The notes: generated by a model not told the origin, from the sequence alone. Positions 10,457-20,371 are shown, counted from the stretch's first letter. The stretch is 64,000 bases of DNA from Bacteroidota bacterium (GCA_038747425.1 JBCDJV010000004.1:35692-99691); one strand, 5' to 3'. Translations and numbers: made by a program.

Positions 10457-11092
10457 ATGCAGATAGGCATCATCGGTTCGGGCAACATCGGCGGTACGTT
10501 GGCGCAGCTCCTGGTCGGGGCGGGGCACGACGTAGCGCTCAGCAACTCGCGCGGGCCGGACTCGCTAGCGGACCAGGTGGCGGCCCTTGGAAACCGGGCC
10601 CGAGCCACCACGCCGGAGGAGGCCGCTCGGTTTGGTGAGGTGGTCATCGAAGCCATCCCCTACGGCAAGATCGAGACGCTCCCGGCCGAGGCTCTGGCGG
10701 AGACCATTCTGGTCAGCGCCTCCAATTACTACCCAGGCCGTGATGGACGTATCGAGGCCGTGGAGGGCGTCGAGGCGCTGACGCAAACCGAGCGGGTGGC
10801 GCACCATGCCTCCGAAGCCCGGGTCGTCAAGGCGTTCAACACCATCTACTGGATCCACCTTCGCGACCAAGGTGACCCGTCGTTGGCCCTGGAGGACCGC
10901 CGCATCCTCCCGTTGGCCAGCGACGATGAGGACGCCAAGGCCCTCGTGGCGGACCTGATCCGTGAACTCGGCTTTGCCCCCTATGACATGGGCCTGCTGC
11001 GCGATGGGGGCGCCCAGATGCAGCCTGGACAGCCCATCTACAACAAGGACATCACCCTGCGCGAGATCCGGGACCGGCTGGGGCTCGGGTGA
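10457..11092 (+). CDS. NAD(P)-binding oxidoreductase (F420-dependent NADP reductase-like, COG2085 type)
   Basis: It has the N-terminal Rossmann motif IGIIGSGNIGGTLA and is 211 aa long. Confidence 0.7.
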   Translation: MQIGIIGSGNIGGTLAQLLVGAGHDVALSNSRGPDSLADQVAALGNRARATTPEEAARFGEVVIEAIPYGKIETLPAEALAETILVSASNYYPGRDGRIEAVEGVEALTQTERVAHHASEARVVKAFNTIYWIHLRDQGDPSLALEDRRILPLASDDEDAKALVADLIRELGFAPYDMGLLRDGGAQMQPGQPIYNKDITLREIRDRLGLG

Positions 11093-11224
11093 ATGCCCAG
11101 TGCAACATGATGCGGATTAAGGGTTCACCCGGGTCCCTGCTGGGCTGACCCCCAGCCGAGGGCTCCTTCCCGGAGTGGGGACTCATCTGACTCTTGCTCA
11201 GCACCAAGCGCCGGACCTCCGCAA

Positions 11225-11244
11225 GGACACGATATCTCGTGTCC
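11225..11244. repeat. hairpin GGACACGA-TATC-TCGTGTCC
   Basis: This is an 8-bp perfect stem. Its core CACGATA..TCGTG is shared with the palindrome at 6967-6998. Confidence 0.7.
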
Positions 11245-11347
11245 CTCCCCACTGGGAGGCCGGGCTGGGCATGCGGGCGCTGGTGCCTGTGTTGTGAGAG
11301 GCTGACTATGCATGGCCGGTGAAGGGCTGCAAACGGCTCTGGAGGTG

Positions 11348-11383
11348 CCAGGCGGCGTTGCCTTCGTCGCCCGGGGCGCGGCG
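11348..11383. repeat. 36-nt intergenic repeat, copy 1
   Basis: CCAGGCGGCGTTGCCTTCGTCGCCCGGGGCGCGGCG matches 52339-52374 at 33 of 36 positions. Confidence 0.85.
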
Positions 11384-11570
11384 CCGCGCTCCTCAGGCGC
11401 CTGGCGTGGCGCCCCCCGCGCTCGCTTTCGCCGTCTTCATCCATTCATAGTCAGCCTCAGAGAAACACGGTGCGCCAGATTCGGGCGCAGGTTCGCGGAA
11501 GCGCGCCACGCAGACGCGGTGTATCGTACCTCCGTTCGCCTGCACCATCTCCTGCTAGCCCTACTTCGCC

Positions 11571-12428
11571 ATGAACCAACACGAACGAGCAGCCACCTTT
11601 CGCCAGTTGCACCACCAGCCTCCCCTGGTGCTCCCCAATGCCTGGGATGCTGGTAGCGCGCGGGTGATCGAGCAAGCTGGGGCGTCGGCCATTGCTACCA
11701 CGAGCGCTGGGGTCTCCTGGGCCCACGGCCGCCGCGATGGCCAGGGGCTCCCCCGTGCCCAAGCCGTAGAAGCCGTCCGGCACATCGTAGAGACCGTGGC
11801 GATACCGGTCTCGGCCGACATCGAGGGCGGATACGGGGACGGCACCCCAGACGCCCTCGCGGACACGGTCAGGGCGATGCTGGATGCCGGCGTGGTCGGG
11901 GTCAACATAGAGGACACCCCGGGCCGAGACGGGATGCCGATACGGGCACCAGCTGAGCAGGCGGCTCGGATCCAAGCGGCCCGAGAGGCCGCCGAGCAAG
12001 CCGGGATCGACCTTTTTATCAACGCGCGCACCGACCTCTACCTGCGCGCCCTCGGAGACCCCGGCGAACGGCTCGAGGCTACGCTCGAGCGCGCGGCCCT
12101 CTACCTGGAGGCCGGCGCCGACAGCCTCTTCGTGCCTGGGGTCACCGACGTGGCCACCATCAGGGCGCTGGCTGCCGGGATCGACGCGCCGCTCAACATC
12201 CTGGCTGGAGTGGGGGCTCCTGGCATCCCGACGTTGGCGGAGCTGGGGGTGGCCCGGGTGAGTCTAGGCCCTGAAGTGGCCCTCGGCGCCTTTGCGCTCA
12301 TGCGTGATGCGGTGCAGGAGGTACTGAGCACCGGCACCTATCGTCGCCTCGATCACGGGCTCTCGTTTGGTGAGATCGATGCGTTGTTCGCAGACAGATC
12401 GAGGAGCGCGGATGGACCTGACGGTTGA
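11571..12428 (+). CDS. isocitrate lyase/PEP mutase family protein
   Basis: It has the LPNAWDAGSARV N-terminal motif and the TIM-barrel family pattern, and is 285 aa long. Confidence 0.8.
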   Translation: MNQHERAATFRQLHHQPPLVLPNAWDAGSARVIEQAGASAIATTSAGVSWAHGRRDGQGLPRAQAVEAVRHIVETVAIPVSADIEGGYGDGTPDALADTVRAMLDAGVVGVNIEDTPGRDGMPIRAPAEQAARIQAAREAAEQAGIDLFINARTDLYLRALGDPGERLEATLERAALYLEAGADSLFVPGVTDVATIRALAAGIDAPLNILAGVGAPGIPTLAELGVARVSLGPEVALGAFALMRDAVQEVLSTGTYRRLDHGLSFGEIDALFADRSRSADGPDG

Positions 12429-13044
12429 TGAGATGCTGGCGCGGATGTACGCCCGGGACGCCTCCGCCGATGGACTGTTCGTGACGGGGGTCCTGACCAC
12501 GGGCATCTACTGCGTCCCCTCGTGCCCGGCCCGCAAGCCCAAGGCTTCGAATGTGGTCTTCTTCAGCACAGAGGCCGAGGCGCGGGCGGCGGGTCTGCGC
12601 CCCTGTAAACGGTGTCGCCCAGATCGATTCTATGCGGGCACAGATCCTGACCGAGACCGGTTCATCGAGGCGCTAGCCCTTCTGGAGGCGGATCCATGGG
12701 CTGTGCCTCATGTGGCGGCCTTGGCCAACCAGGTTGGGGTGGGTGTATCAAAGCTCCACGAACTCGCTCGCCGCCACAGGCAGTCCACGCCTGCGGAGCT
12801 GATCCATGCCAGCCGCATCCGCGTGGCCCAGCGCTTGCTGGCGTCAGGGGAGATCGGCGCCACCGAAACGGCCTTCGCCGTAGGCTACGAATCCGTGTCG
12901 GGGTTTTACGAGCGCTTCAAGCGGGCCACCGGGTTGACGCCGGGGGCCTTTGCCGATCGAGCACGCCCGCCGAGGGAGCGCTACGACCGGGTGAGTCCGC
13001 CCAGCGTCCGGTCCGGGGGAACGGGGAACCACCGTGAAGAATGA
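12412..13044 (+). CDS. Ada N-terminal (Zn, methylphosphotriester acceptor) domain fused to an AraC-type HTH regulator
   Basis: It has the Cys4 pattern YCVPSCPARKP ... CKRCRPD followed by an AraC HTH. There is no O6-MGMT domain. ATG 12412 overlaps the previous gene by 17 nt. Confidence 0.8.
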   Translation: MDLTVDEMLARMYARDASADGLFVTGVLTTGIYCVPSCPARKPKASNVVFFSTEAEARAAGLRPCKRCRPDRFYAGTDPDRDRFIEALALLEADPWAVPHVAALANQVGVGVSKLHELARRHRQSTPAELIHASRIRVAQRLLASGEIGATETAFAVGYESVSGFYERFKRATGLTPGAFADRARPPRERYDRVSPPSVRSGGTGNHREE

Positions 13045-13127
13045 CGGGGCCAGTGGACGGACGGGCACGGCTTGCCTAAACTCGGGGCACTTCGTTCTGC
13101 CTTTGGTTCATCCCCCGCTGTGCTTCC

Positions 13128-14324
13128 ATGGCTGTGCTTCATCCCTTCCGCGCCCTCCGTCCTGTGCCCGACGTCGTTGAGGAAGTGGCGTGCGTCCCCT
13201 ACGATGTGATCAACACGGACGAGGCCCGATCGCTGGCGGCGGGCAAGCCACTCAGCTTCCTGCACGTCATCCGCCCTGAAATAGGCTTGCCGCCCGGGAC
13301 CGACCTCTACAGCGAGGCCGTCTACGCCCAAGGGGCTGAGAGCCTGGCGCGGTATGCGGACAGCGCGTCGTCCATCCAAGAGGATGCACCCACAGTGTAC
13401 GTCTACCGGCTCGTCATGAACGGACGGGCGCAGACCGGCCTGTTCGGGTGCGTCTCCGTGGCTGAGTATGACGAGAACCGCATCCTCAAGCACGAGCTGA
13501 CGCGTCCCACCAAAGAAGACGACCGGACCCGGCACCTGCTGGCTCAGCAGGCCCATGCCGAGCCCGTCATGCTCACGTACCGAGACGACGCCCGTATCGA
13601 CACGCTGGTGGCCAGCGTGATGCAGGGGGCGCCGCTGTACGACTTCACCGCCTCAGACGGGGTGCAGCATACCCTCTGGGCCGTCGATGAGCCCGCCCGA
13701 TTCGTGGAAGCCTTTCGCGAGGTGGATCGCCTCTACGTGGCCGACGGCCACCACCGATGCAAGGCGGCCAGCCGGGCGGCGGCCGAGCTGGGCGCAGGGC
13801 CCAACGATGAGGCCGCGTACTTTCCAGCGGTCCTCTTCCCGATGGGGCAGATGGAGATTCTGCCCTACAACCGAATCATCCGGACGCTGGCGGGGATGGA
13901 CCTGCTGCCGGCGGTGCAGGCTCGGATGGCGGTGATGCCCACCAACCACGCCGAGCCTGACGAGCCGGGTGTGGTGGGCCTCTACACGCGCGGACGATGG
14001 TACCGGGCGGTGCTACCGCCGACGCAGCGCGTCACCGTAGCCGACCATCTGGATGTGGCCCGCCTGCAGGAGCACCTCCTGGCCCCGATTTTGGGCATCA
14101 CCAAGGTGCGCACGGATCCCAACATCGATTTTGTTGGGGGGATTCGCGGCCTTCCTGAACTGGAGCGACTGGTCGACGACGGCGAGGCGGCCCTGGCCAT
14201 CGCCATGTACCCAACCCACATCGATGACTTGGTGGCGGTGTCGGACGCGGGGTTGCTCATGCCGCCCAAGTCCACCTGGTTCGAGCCCAAGCTACGGAGC
14301 GGCCTTCTCGTTCATCGATTCTAA
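13128..14324 (+). CDS. DUF1015 family protein
   Basis: It has the N-terminal HPFRALRP ... VPYDVI motif characteristic of DUF1015 and is 398 aa long. Confidence 0.8.
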   Translation: MAVLHPFRALRPVPDVVEEVACVPYDVINTDEARSLAAGKPLSFLHVIRPEIGLPPGTDLYSEAVYAQGAESLARYADSASSIQEDAPTVYVYRLVMNGRAQTGLFGCVSVAEYDENRILKHELTRPTKEDDRTRHLLAQQAHAEPVMLTYRDDARIDTLVASVMQGAPLYDFTASDGVQHTLWAVDEPARFVEAFREVDRLYVADGHHRCKAASRAAAELGAGPNDEAAYFPAVLFPMGQMEILPYNRIIRTLAGMDLLPAVQARMAVMPTNHAEPDEPGVVGLYTRGRWYRAVLPPTQRVTVADHLDVARLQEHLLAPILGITKVRTDPNIDFVGGIRGLPELERLVDDGEAALAIAMYPTHIDDLVAVSDAGLLMPPKSTWFEPKLRSGLLVHRF

Positions 14325-14344
14325 CGATCTGCGTCCCCTGTGCC

Positions 14345-15547
14345 ATGACTGTCCTGATTGCCGACACGCTCGCTCCTTCTTGCGCCGAGGCGCTGGAAGC
14401 CCATGGACATACCGTCGTCAGCCAGCCCAAGCTGAGCGGGGAAGCGTTGACCGAGGCGCTGCGCGAGGTGCAGCCGCACGCCCTCATCGTGCGCTCCACG
14501 CGTGTTACGGCCGAGGCGATGGCCGCTAGCGGAGATCTGGAGCTGATCGTGCGTGCCGGGGCGGGCTACGACACGATCGATGTGGCGGGGGCATCCGCCC
14601 AGGGGCGCTTCGTGGCCAACTGCCCCGGCAAAAACGCCGTGGCAGTGGCCGAGCTGACGTTGGGCCTGCTCCTGTCGTTGGATCGGCGCCTGGCCGACAA
14701 CGTGACGGATGCACGGGCGAAACGGTGGAACAAAGCGGCCTTCTCCAAGGCAGAGGGCGTTCAAGGAAAGACGCTGGGGCTCATTGGGCTGGGCAACATC
14801 GGGCAGGCGGTGGCTCGGCGGGCCCAGGCGTTCGGGCTGCGCGTGATCGCCTGGAGCCGAAGCCTCACCGAGGAGGACGCCGCGGCCCAGGGGGTCGAGC
14901 GTTTCGAGGACCCCCTGCAGGTGGCGGCGGAGGCCGACATCGTGTCGCTGCACGTGGCCGCTACCCCAGAGACGCGGCACCTGGCGGACCGTGCGTTCTT
15001 CGAAGCCATGAAGCCCGGCGCGCTCTTTCTCAACACGACGCGCGCCTCGGTGGTCGACGAAGACGCCCTCCGGTGGGCCCTGGACCACAAAGGCCTGCGG
15101 GCTGGGCTCGACGTGGTCAGCGATGAGCCCTCCACGAAGCAAGGGCCGTTTGAGCATCCACTGGCGCAGCATCCGGGGGTCTACCTGACGCACCACATCG
15201 GCGCCTCGACTCAGCAGGCGCAGGATGCTGTGGCGGCCGAGGCCGTGCGGGTGGTGCTCACCTATGCCGAGACCGGACGGGTGCCGAACTGCGTCAACCT
15301 GGCCCGGCAGTCGCCCGCGACGCATCTGCTCACGGTCCGCCACCAGGATCAGGTGGGCGTGCTGGCCGGCGTGCTGGATCAGGTGCGCCAGGCGGAATGG
15401 AACGTGCAGGAGATGGAGAACCTGATCTTCGAGGGGCACCAGGCCGCGTGCGCCCGCATCCGCTTCCACGGCGCGGCCAGCCCTGAGGTGTTGGCGCGGA
15501 TCGCGGGGTGCCAGGGGGTCTTGGGAGCTACGGTCATTCCCCTCTGA
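14345..15547 (+). CDS. serA: D-3-phosphoglycerate dehydrogenase (2-hydroxyacid dehydrogenase with a C-terminal ACT-like domain)
   Basis: It has the NAD motif GLIGLGNIGQAVARRA, a catalytic HIGAST context and a C-terminal ACT-like segment. Confidence 0.85.
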   Translation: MTVLIADTLAPSCAEALEAHGHTVVSQPKLSGEALTEALREVQPHALIVRSTRVTAEAMAASGDLELIVRAGAGYDTIDVAGASAQGRFVANCPGKNAVAVAELTLGLLLSLDRRLADNVTDARAKRWNKAAFSKAEGVQGKTLGLIGLGNIGQAVARRAQAFGLRVIAWSRSLTEEDAAAQGVERFEDPLQVAAEADIVSLHVAATPETRHLADRAFFEAMKPGALFLNTTRASVVDEDALRWALDHKGLRAGLDVVSDEPSTKQGPFEHPLAQHPGVYLTHHIGASTQQAQDAVAAEAVRVVLTYAETGRVPNCVNLARQSPATHLLTVRHQDQVGVLAGVLDQVRQAEWNVQEMENLIFEGHQAACARIRFHGAASPEVLARIAGCQGVLGATVIPL

Positions 15548-16250
15548 CTAGCGCAGACGGATCGACCCATACGGCCAGGGCCGCCCGCATCGTATCCACG
15601 TGCATGGGCTCCCGGCCGAGGCCTTTGATGTAGGCACCATCGCTGACGTGCAAAAAGTCCAGCTGTAGGGCGGCCTCAAACTGGACCAAGGCTGCGTAGG
15701 CCAGGCGGGGCGTGTCCGGGTGGTCGGCCCCCAGGCGCTCGATCGCATCCAGAATCAGCGCGAACTTGGTGCTCTCCCCCTCGATAGCCAGGTCGATGAA
15801 ATACGGCTTCTCGGCCACGTCGCGGTACGAGGTCCCCTGATACAGGAGCTTCAGTGTGAACGTGCCTACGTAGCGCATGGCCTCCACCTGCTCGCTGTCT
15901 CCGTACGCATCACCGATCCGGGCGATCAGCGCTTCGGCTTGGCGTTGCAGTGCTTGCACGCGGCCCTGGGTCAGCGGTGTCGGCCCAAACGAGTAGGCAT
16001 AGAGCGAGTCGTAGTAGCCCTGTCTCTCGTTCTGCTGACGCATCGTCTGCTGGTGGGAGCGCTCCCAGAACGCCGCGAAGTCCTCGGCACGCTCGAGAGA
16101 AGAGGCCGCGTGGTGCAGGCGGCGCTCTACGGCGAGGCGGACGTCGTCCTCGTCGACGGCGGGTGAGACCTCGGTCGTGGACGGCGAGGCGCACCCCCCC
16201 ACAGCTACGGCCAGGAGCAAGAGCGCGAAGGAGGGGCGAAGCAGCGGCAT
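15534..16250 (-). CDS. hypothetical lipoprotein
   Basis: It has a signal peptide with a lipobox (LLLLAVAVGGCAS). I recognise no family. Confidence 0.55.
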   Translation of the reverse strand: MPLLRPSFALLLLAVAVGGCASPSTTEVSPAVDEDDVRLAVERRLHHAASSLERAEDFAAFWERSHQQTMRQQNERQGYYDSLYAYSFGPTPLTQGRVQALQRQAEALIARIGDAYGDSEQVEAMRYVGTFTLKLLYQGTSYRDVAEKPYFIDLAIEGESTKFALILDAIERLGADHPDTPRLAYAALVQFEAALQLDFLHVSDGAYIKGLGREPMHVDTMRAALAVWVDPSALVRGE

Positions 16251-16324
16251 GGGGGGGCGGGAGCAGGGAGGGCGGTTTAGTCATGGCTAGGACGGCCAAA
16301 AGCATGCCGGGCTGCGAGTGGCAT

Positions 16325-17425
16325 CTATCCTGCCTCGTGGAGCGCGGCACTCAGGCGTTTGGCCAGGGGTTGGGCCGTACGGGGTCCGCGCCAGGCCCAG
16401 TGCGCCTCCACGCCGTGTTGCTGGCGATGACGCAGGCCCGTCTCCAAGGCCCTCGCCAAGTTGCTTGGATCAGCGAAGGTGGCTCCCACCGGCACCGGCC
16501 ATGAGATCTGGTGGGCCATGACCGGATAGGCGGGGCACACGACGAACGCTCCGGCGCTGGCGGCATCTTGCACCACGCCGCTGGAGCGAAAGTGGTAATC
16601 GTCGCGCGCATAGTTGAGCACCACGATATCGCACGAGCGAAGTAGCTGCTGGTAGGCGGGCACCGGGCCGGTATCCACGGTGCGATGCGGGATGTCGAGG
16701 CGGGGGAGGGTCGCTCGTTGCAGAGGGGCGCCCAAGACGACCTCGCAGGGGATGGGGCTATGCTTCACGAAGGCCTGGACGGCCTCCAGGATGGCGGGCG
16801 CAAACAGCGGTTTGCCCTTCCGGGGGGCGCCCACCAACCCAATTCGGTAGGTGTGTGAGGCCGAGGGGCGCCACGCCGCAGGGTGGAGGGGTTCCAAGTC
16901 AGGCTGGACGGGCATCGGGAGGACCACCCGGCGTACTCCGGTGTAGCGGTAGGAGGGGGGCAACTCGGTATCGTCTATCTCCGGGAGGAGGATGTAGAAG
17001 CCGAATCGGCGGGCCGCGGCCCTGAGCAGCAGGAAGCCCGCCCGGCGAAAGGGGCTGTGCTGGGCCAGCTGCTGGTCCCAGAAGGAAAAGATGAAGGTGG
17101 GCTTGCGAGTGGCCGCCAGGACGGGGAGCAGGAGTGCACTGTGGTAAGAGAACAGCTCCATGATGAGGAGCGCATCGGCCTCGCGGTGCCGTAGGGCGCG
17201 GAGGCCCATGCCGAGGTGCATCAGCTGTTGCCCGACCAGGCGCCGCAGGGTCAGCGGCCATCGGGCCAGAAGCCGTCGCGGCCACGCGTTTTCGGGCGCG
17301 GCCAGTGAGAGCAGACGCAGCCGGAACGGGAGGTGGGTGTCCAGGTGGAGCAGCTCCTTCAGGGTGAGGTGATAGAGGTACATCTCACCACGCCCATCGG
17401 GCAGGGGGACACGGTTCACAGGCAC
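16325..17425 (-). CDS. hypothetical protein, glycosyltransferase-like (GT-B fold suspected)
   Basis: The C-terminal half resembles GT1-type nucleotide-sugar binding regions (IVVLNYARDDYHFRSSGVVQDAASAG). The assignment is weak, and an alternative start exists at 17383. Confidence 0.45.
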   Translation of the reverse strand: MPVNRVPLPDGRGEMYLYHLTLKELLHLDTHLPFRLRLLSLAAPENAWPRRLLARWPLTLRRLVGQQLMHLGMGLRALRHREADALLIMELFSYHSALLLPVLAATRKPTFIFSFWDQQLAQHSPFRRAGFLLLRAAARRFGFYILLPEIDDTELPPSYRYTGVRRVVLPMPVQPDLEPLHPAAWRPSASHTYRIGLVGAPRKGKPLFAPAILEAVQAFVKHSPIPCEVVLGAPLQRATLPRLDIPHRTVDTGPVPAYQQLLRSCDIVVLNYARDDYHFRSSGVVQDAASAGAFVVCPAYPVMAHQISWPVPVGATFADPSNLARALETGLRHRQQHGVEAHWAWRGPRTAQPLAKRLSAALHEAG

Positions 17426-17672
17426 CGTAGGGGAAGAGGGAGAAGAAGCGATGGGCGCCGCTGGCCTGGAGGCGTCGCGGCAGTTTCACTACCTGAGGCG
17501 CGCGTCCAGTGTTTCGAGTGGGGCGGCCTCATCCGATCAGGGGGGGCGGCGAGCTGGGCCGTGGGGTCAGGTTTTACACAGATATCGCAGGCTGACAGGG
17601 CCTGCACCCTTGCGTTCGTCTTGGCTCGCGGGCACCTTTGGACCCGACGTATCACCTGACGCCCCACCAGTC

Positions 17673-18788
17673 ATGCAACCACGTACTGCCTCGGCGGCGA
17701 CCTTCGCCCGTGGCGAGGGCCGCCTCCACAACTTCTCGGCGGGCCCCGGGGCCCTCCCGGACGCCGTGTTGGAGGAGCTTCAGGCGGAGATCCCGGTCTA
17801 TCCCCGGCTCGGCACCTCCGTGATGGAGATCAGCCACCGGTCCGCCACCTACACCGAGGTGGCCGCCCAGGCTCGGGCGCATCTCCGCACGCTCCTCGAC
17901 CTTGGGGACGAGTGGCACATCCTGTTTCTGCAGGGTGGAGCCTCCATGCAGTTCCACCAGGTGCCGCTCAACTTTCTTCCACGGGACGGCTCGGCCGACT
18001 ATCTGGACACGGGCACGTGGTCCAAGAAAGCCATCCAGGAAGCCAACCTGATTGGGTCAGCCCACGTGGTGGCCAGCAGCCGAGAGCACGACTACACGTA
18101 CATTCCGGCCCCGGATACCTGGGACGTGGACCCGCAGGCGGCTTACTTCCACTATACCTCCAACAACACCATCTTCGGCACCCAAGTGCAGGAGGAGCCT
18201 CACGTGGAGCCCCTGCTGGTCTGCGATGCCTCCAGCGATTTCTTGAGCCGCCCCTTGGCGCTGGACCGATATGGCCTTGTCTATGCGGGGGCTCAGAAGA
18301 ACATCGGGCCAGCGGGGGTGACGGTGGTCCTAGTGCGGTCGAATTTCCTGGAGCGCCGCGTCCAGCCCTTGCCCACCATGCTGGACTACGGCACGCATGC
18401 AGCCAAGCTATTCAACACGCCGCCCGTGTTTGCGGTGTACCTCGTGGAAAAGGTGCTGAGGTGGCTGCTCGGAGCGGGCGGCCTGCCCGCCATCCAGGCC
18501 ATCAACGCACAGAAAGCGGAGCGCCTGTACGGCCGCATCGATGCCACGGCGTTCTACCAAGGGACGGTGGAGCCGTCCTCTCGGTCCCAGATGAATGTCA
18601 CCTTCCGCCTCGCCGATCCGGGCTTGGAACCCACCTTCCTCACGCAGGCCCAAGAAGCGGGCCTGCTGGCATTGAAGGGTCACCGCTCGGTCGGTGGCAT
18701 GCGTGCCTCGATCTACAACGCGGTGTCTCTGGAGTCCGTGGACGCCCTCGTGGCCTTCATGGATGAGTTCGAGCGCACCCATGGGTAA
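17673..18788 (+). CDS. serC: phosphoserine aminotransferase
   Basis: It has NFSAGPGALP and the PLP-Lys context AQKNIGPAGVTVV. ATG 17673 was chosen within the longer ORF 17451..18788. Confidence 0.9.
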   Translation: MQPRTASAATFARGEGRLHNFSAGPGALPDAVLEELQAEIPVYPRLGTSVMEISHRSATYTEVAAQARAHLRTLLDLGDEWHILFLQGGASMQFHQVPLNFLPRDGSADYLDTGTWSKKAIQEANLIGSAHVVASSREHDYTYIPAPDTWDVDPQAAYFHYTSNNTIFGTQVQEEPHVEPLLVCDASSDFLSRPLALDRYGLVYAGAQKNIGPAGVTVVLVRSNFLERRVQPLPTMLDYGTHAAKLFNTPPVFAVYLVEKVLRWLLGAGGLPAIQAINAQKAERLYGRIDATAFYQGTVEPSSRSQMNVTFRLADPGLEPTFLTQAQEAGLLALKGHRSVGGMRASIYNAVSLESVDALVAFMDEFERTHG

Positions 18789-18855
18789 GCGCTGGGCCCC
18801 CGGTGCCGCCCGCTGCCGGCCCGCTTTTGTCCTTCCTGCCGTAACGTAGATCTGT

Positions 18856-19992
18856 ATGTCGTTAACCCTTGGTATCCCGGCGGAAACCCAGCCGGGTGAG
18901 ACCCGTGTGGCCATGACGCCGGACGTGGTGCCGCGCCTCCTCCGCTCGGAGGTGCAGGTACGCCTGGAGGCCGGTGCCGGGACCGCCGCGCAGTATGCTG
19001 ACGAAGCCTTTGTGGCCCAAGGCGCCGAGGTGGCGGACCGTCAGGCGGTCTATGCCGCCGACGTCATCGCCAAGGTACAGCCGCCCACCGATGAGGAAGT
19101 GGCCCGCATGCACACAGGTCAGGTACTCATCAGCTTCCTGGCCCCGCTCGATGATCCCTCCCGTGCCGAGCGGTTGGCGGCCCAAGGCGTCACGGCGCTC
19201 AGCTTGGAGCTGGTCCCGCGCATCTCGCGTGCGCAGAAGATGGACGCCCTCTCGGCCATGAGTGGCGTGGCGGGGTACAAAGCCGTGCTTATGGCTGCCA
19301 ACCTGCTGCCTCGCTTCTTTCCGCTGCTGACCACCGCCGCCGGCACCGTCAAGCCGGCCAACGTGTTGGTGCTGGGGGCTGGGGTGGCCGGCCTGCAAGC
19401 CATCGCCACGGCTAAGCGGCTGGGCGCTCGCGTCTCGGCGTACGACATCCGAGAGGCCGCTCGCGAAGAGATCCAAAGCCTCGGCGGCACGTTCGTGGAA
19501 CTGCCCCTCGGCCTCGACGACGATCAGCAGGATGCAGGCGGCTATGCCAAAGCCCTCATGGCCGAGAAGGCCAAGCGGCAGACGGAGCTGCTGGTGCCGT
19601 TCATCCACAACGCGGACGTTGTCGTCTCCACCGCCCTCATTCCGGGCCGGCCTGCGCCGGTGCTGATCAACGAGGAGGCGGTGCGCGGCATGGCCCCCGG
19701 CTCTGTCATCGTGGACATGGCGGCCCCCAACGGCGGCAACTGTGCCCTCACCGAGCCTGGCGAAACGGTCACAGCCCATGGCGTCCAGATCACCGGCCCC
19801 CTCAACGTGCCGGCCTTGATGCCTTACCACGCCAGCCAGCTCTACGCCCGCGTCATCATGGCCATGGTCCAAGCGTACACCACCGAGACCGGCTTCCATC
19901 CAGACTTCGAGGACGAGGTCTTCCGCGGCGCCTGCGTCACCCACGGCGGTGAGATCGTGCATGAGCGGGTCCGCCAGCGCCTGGAAGCCTGA
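18856..19992 (+). CDS. pntAA: NAD(P) transhydrogenase subunit alpha part 1
   Basis: It has the AlaDH/PNT fold with VLVLGAGVAGLQAIATAKRLGA and is followed by pntAB and pntB. Confidence 0.9.
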   Translation: MSLTLGIPAETQPGETRVAMTPDVVPRLLRSEVQVRLEAGAGTAAQYADEAFVAQGAEVADRQAVYAADVIAKVQPPTDEEVARMHTGQVLISFLAPLDDPSRAERLAAQGVTALSLELVPRISRAQKMDALSAMSGVAGYKAVLMAANLLPRFFPLLTTAAGTVKPANVLVLGAGVAGLQAIATAKRLGARVSAYDIREAAREEIQSLGGTFVELPLGLDDDQQDAGGYAKALMAEKAKRQTELLVPFIHNADVVVSTALIPGRPAPVLINEEAVRGMAPGSVIVDMAAPNGGNCALTEPGETVTAHGVQITGPLNVPALMPYHASQLYARVIMAMVQAYTTETGFHPDFEDEVFRGACVTHGGEIVHERVRQRLEA

Positions 19993-20024
19993 TCTCGTCC
20001 CGTCTTTTTTATCGCCCATCGCCC

Positions 20025-20300
20025 ATGCTTGAGAACATCATCGTCTTCGTCTTGGCTTCGTTCATCGGGTTCGAGGTCATCAGCAAAGTCCCCCAGACGC
20101 TGCACACCCCGCTCATGTCTGGCACGAATGCCATCAGCGGCATCACCATTGTCGGCGCGCTGGTGGTGGCCGGCATGGTAGGCGGCGTATGGGCCAAGTG
20201 GATCGGGGTCGGGGCCCTCATCGTGGCCACCATCAACGTAACGGGCGGCTTCATGGTCACGGACCGGATGCTGCAGATGTTCAAGAAGAAGGACGGTTGA
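20025..20300 (+). CDS. pntAB: NAD(P) transhydrogenase subunit alpha part 2 (membrane)
   Basis: This is a 91-aa three-helix membrane protein containing LHTPLMSGTNAISG. Confidence 0.9.
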   Translation: MLENIIVFVLASFIGFEVISKVPQTLHTPLMSGTNAISGITIVGALVVAGMVGGVWAKWIGVGALIVATINVTGGFMVTDRMLQMFKKKDG

Positions 20301-20371
20301 ATGGTCCACAGTGCAGGGCCTCATGCGCCCACCAATGCGGTCTTCCTGATGGTCCACCACTCCTCACAAGC

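Noticed and set aside
14321-15469. A 382-aa minus-strand ORF antisense to serA.
   Set aside because: It has Arg/Gly/His-rich low-complexity composition, whereas the plus frame has unmistakable dehydrogenase motifs.
18862-20019. A 385-aa minus-strand ORF antisense to pntAA.
   Set aside because: It is a shadow ORF of a GC-rich gene. It has no recognisable domain, and pntAA on the plus strand is clear.
20189-20371. An upstream extension of the pntB ORF overlapping pntAB.
   Set aside because: It overlaps the well-supported pntAB gene in another frame. The PntB membrane domain begins at MKTILIDLAYLV (ATG 20372).
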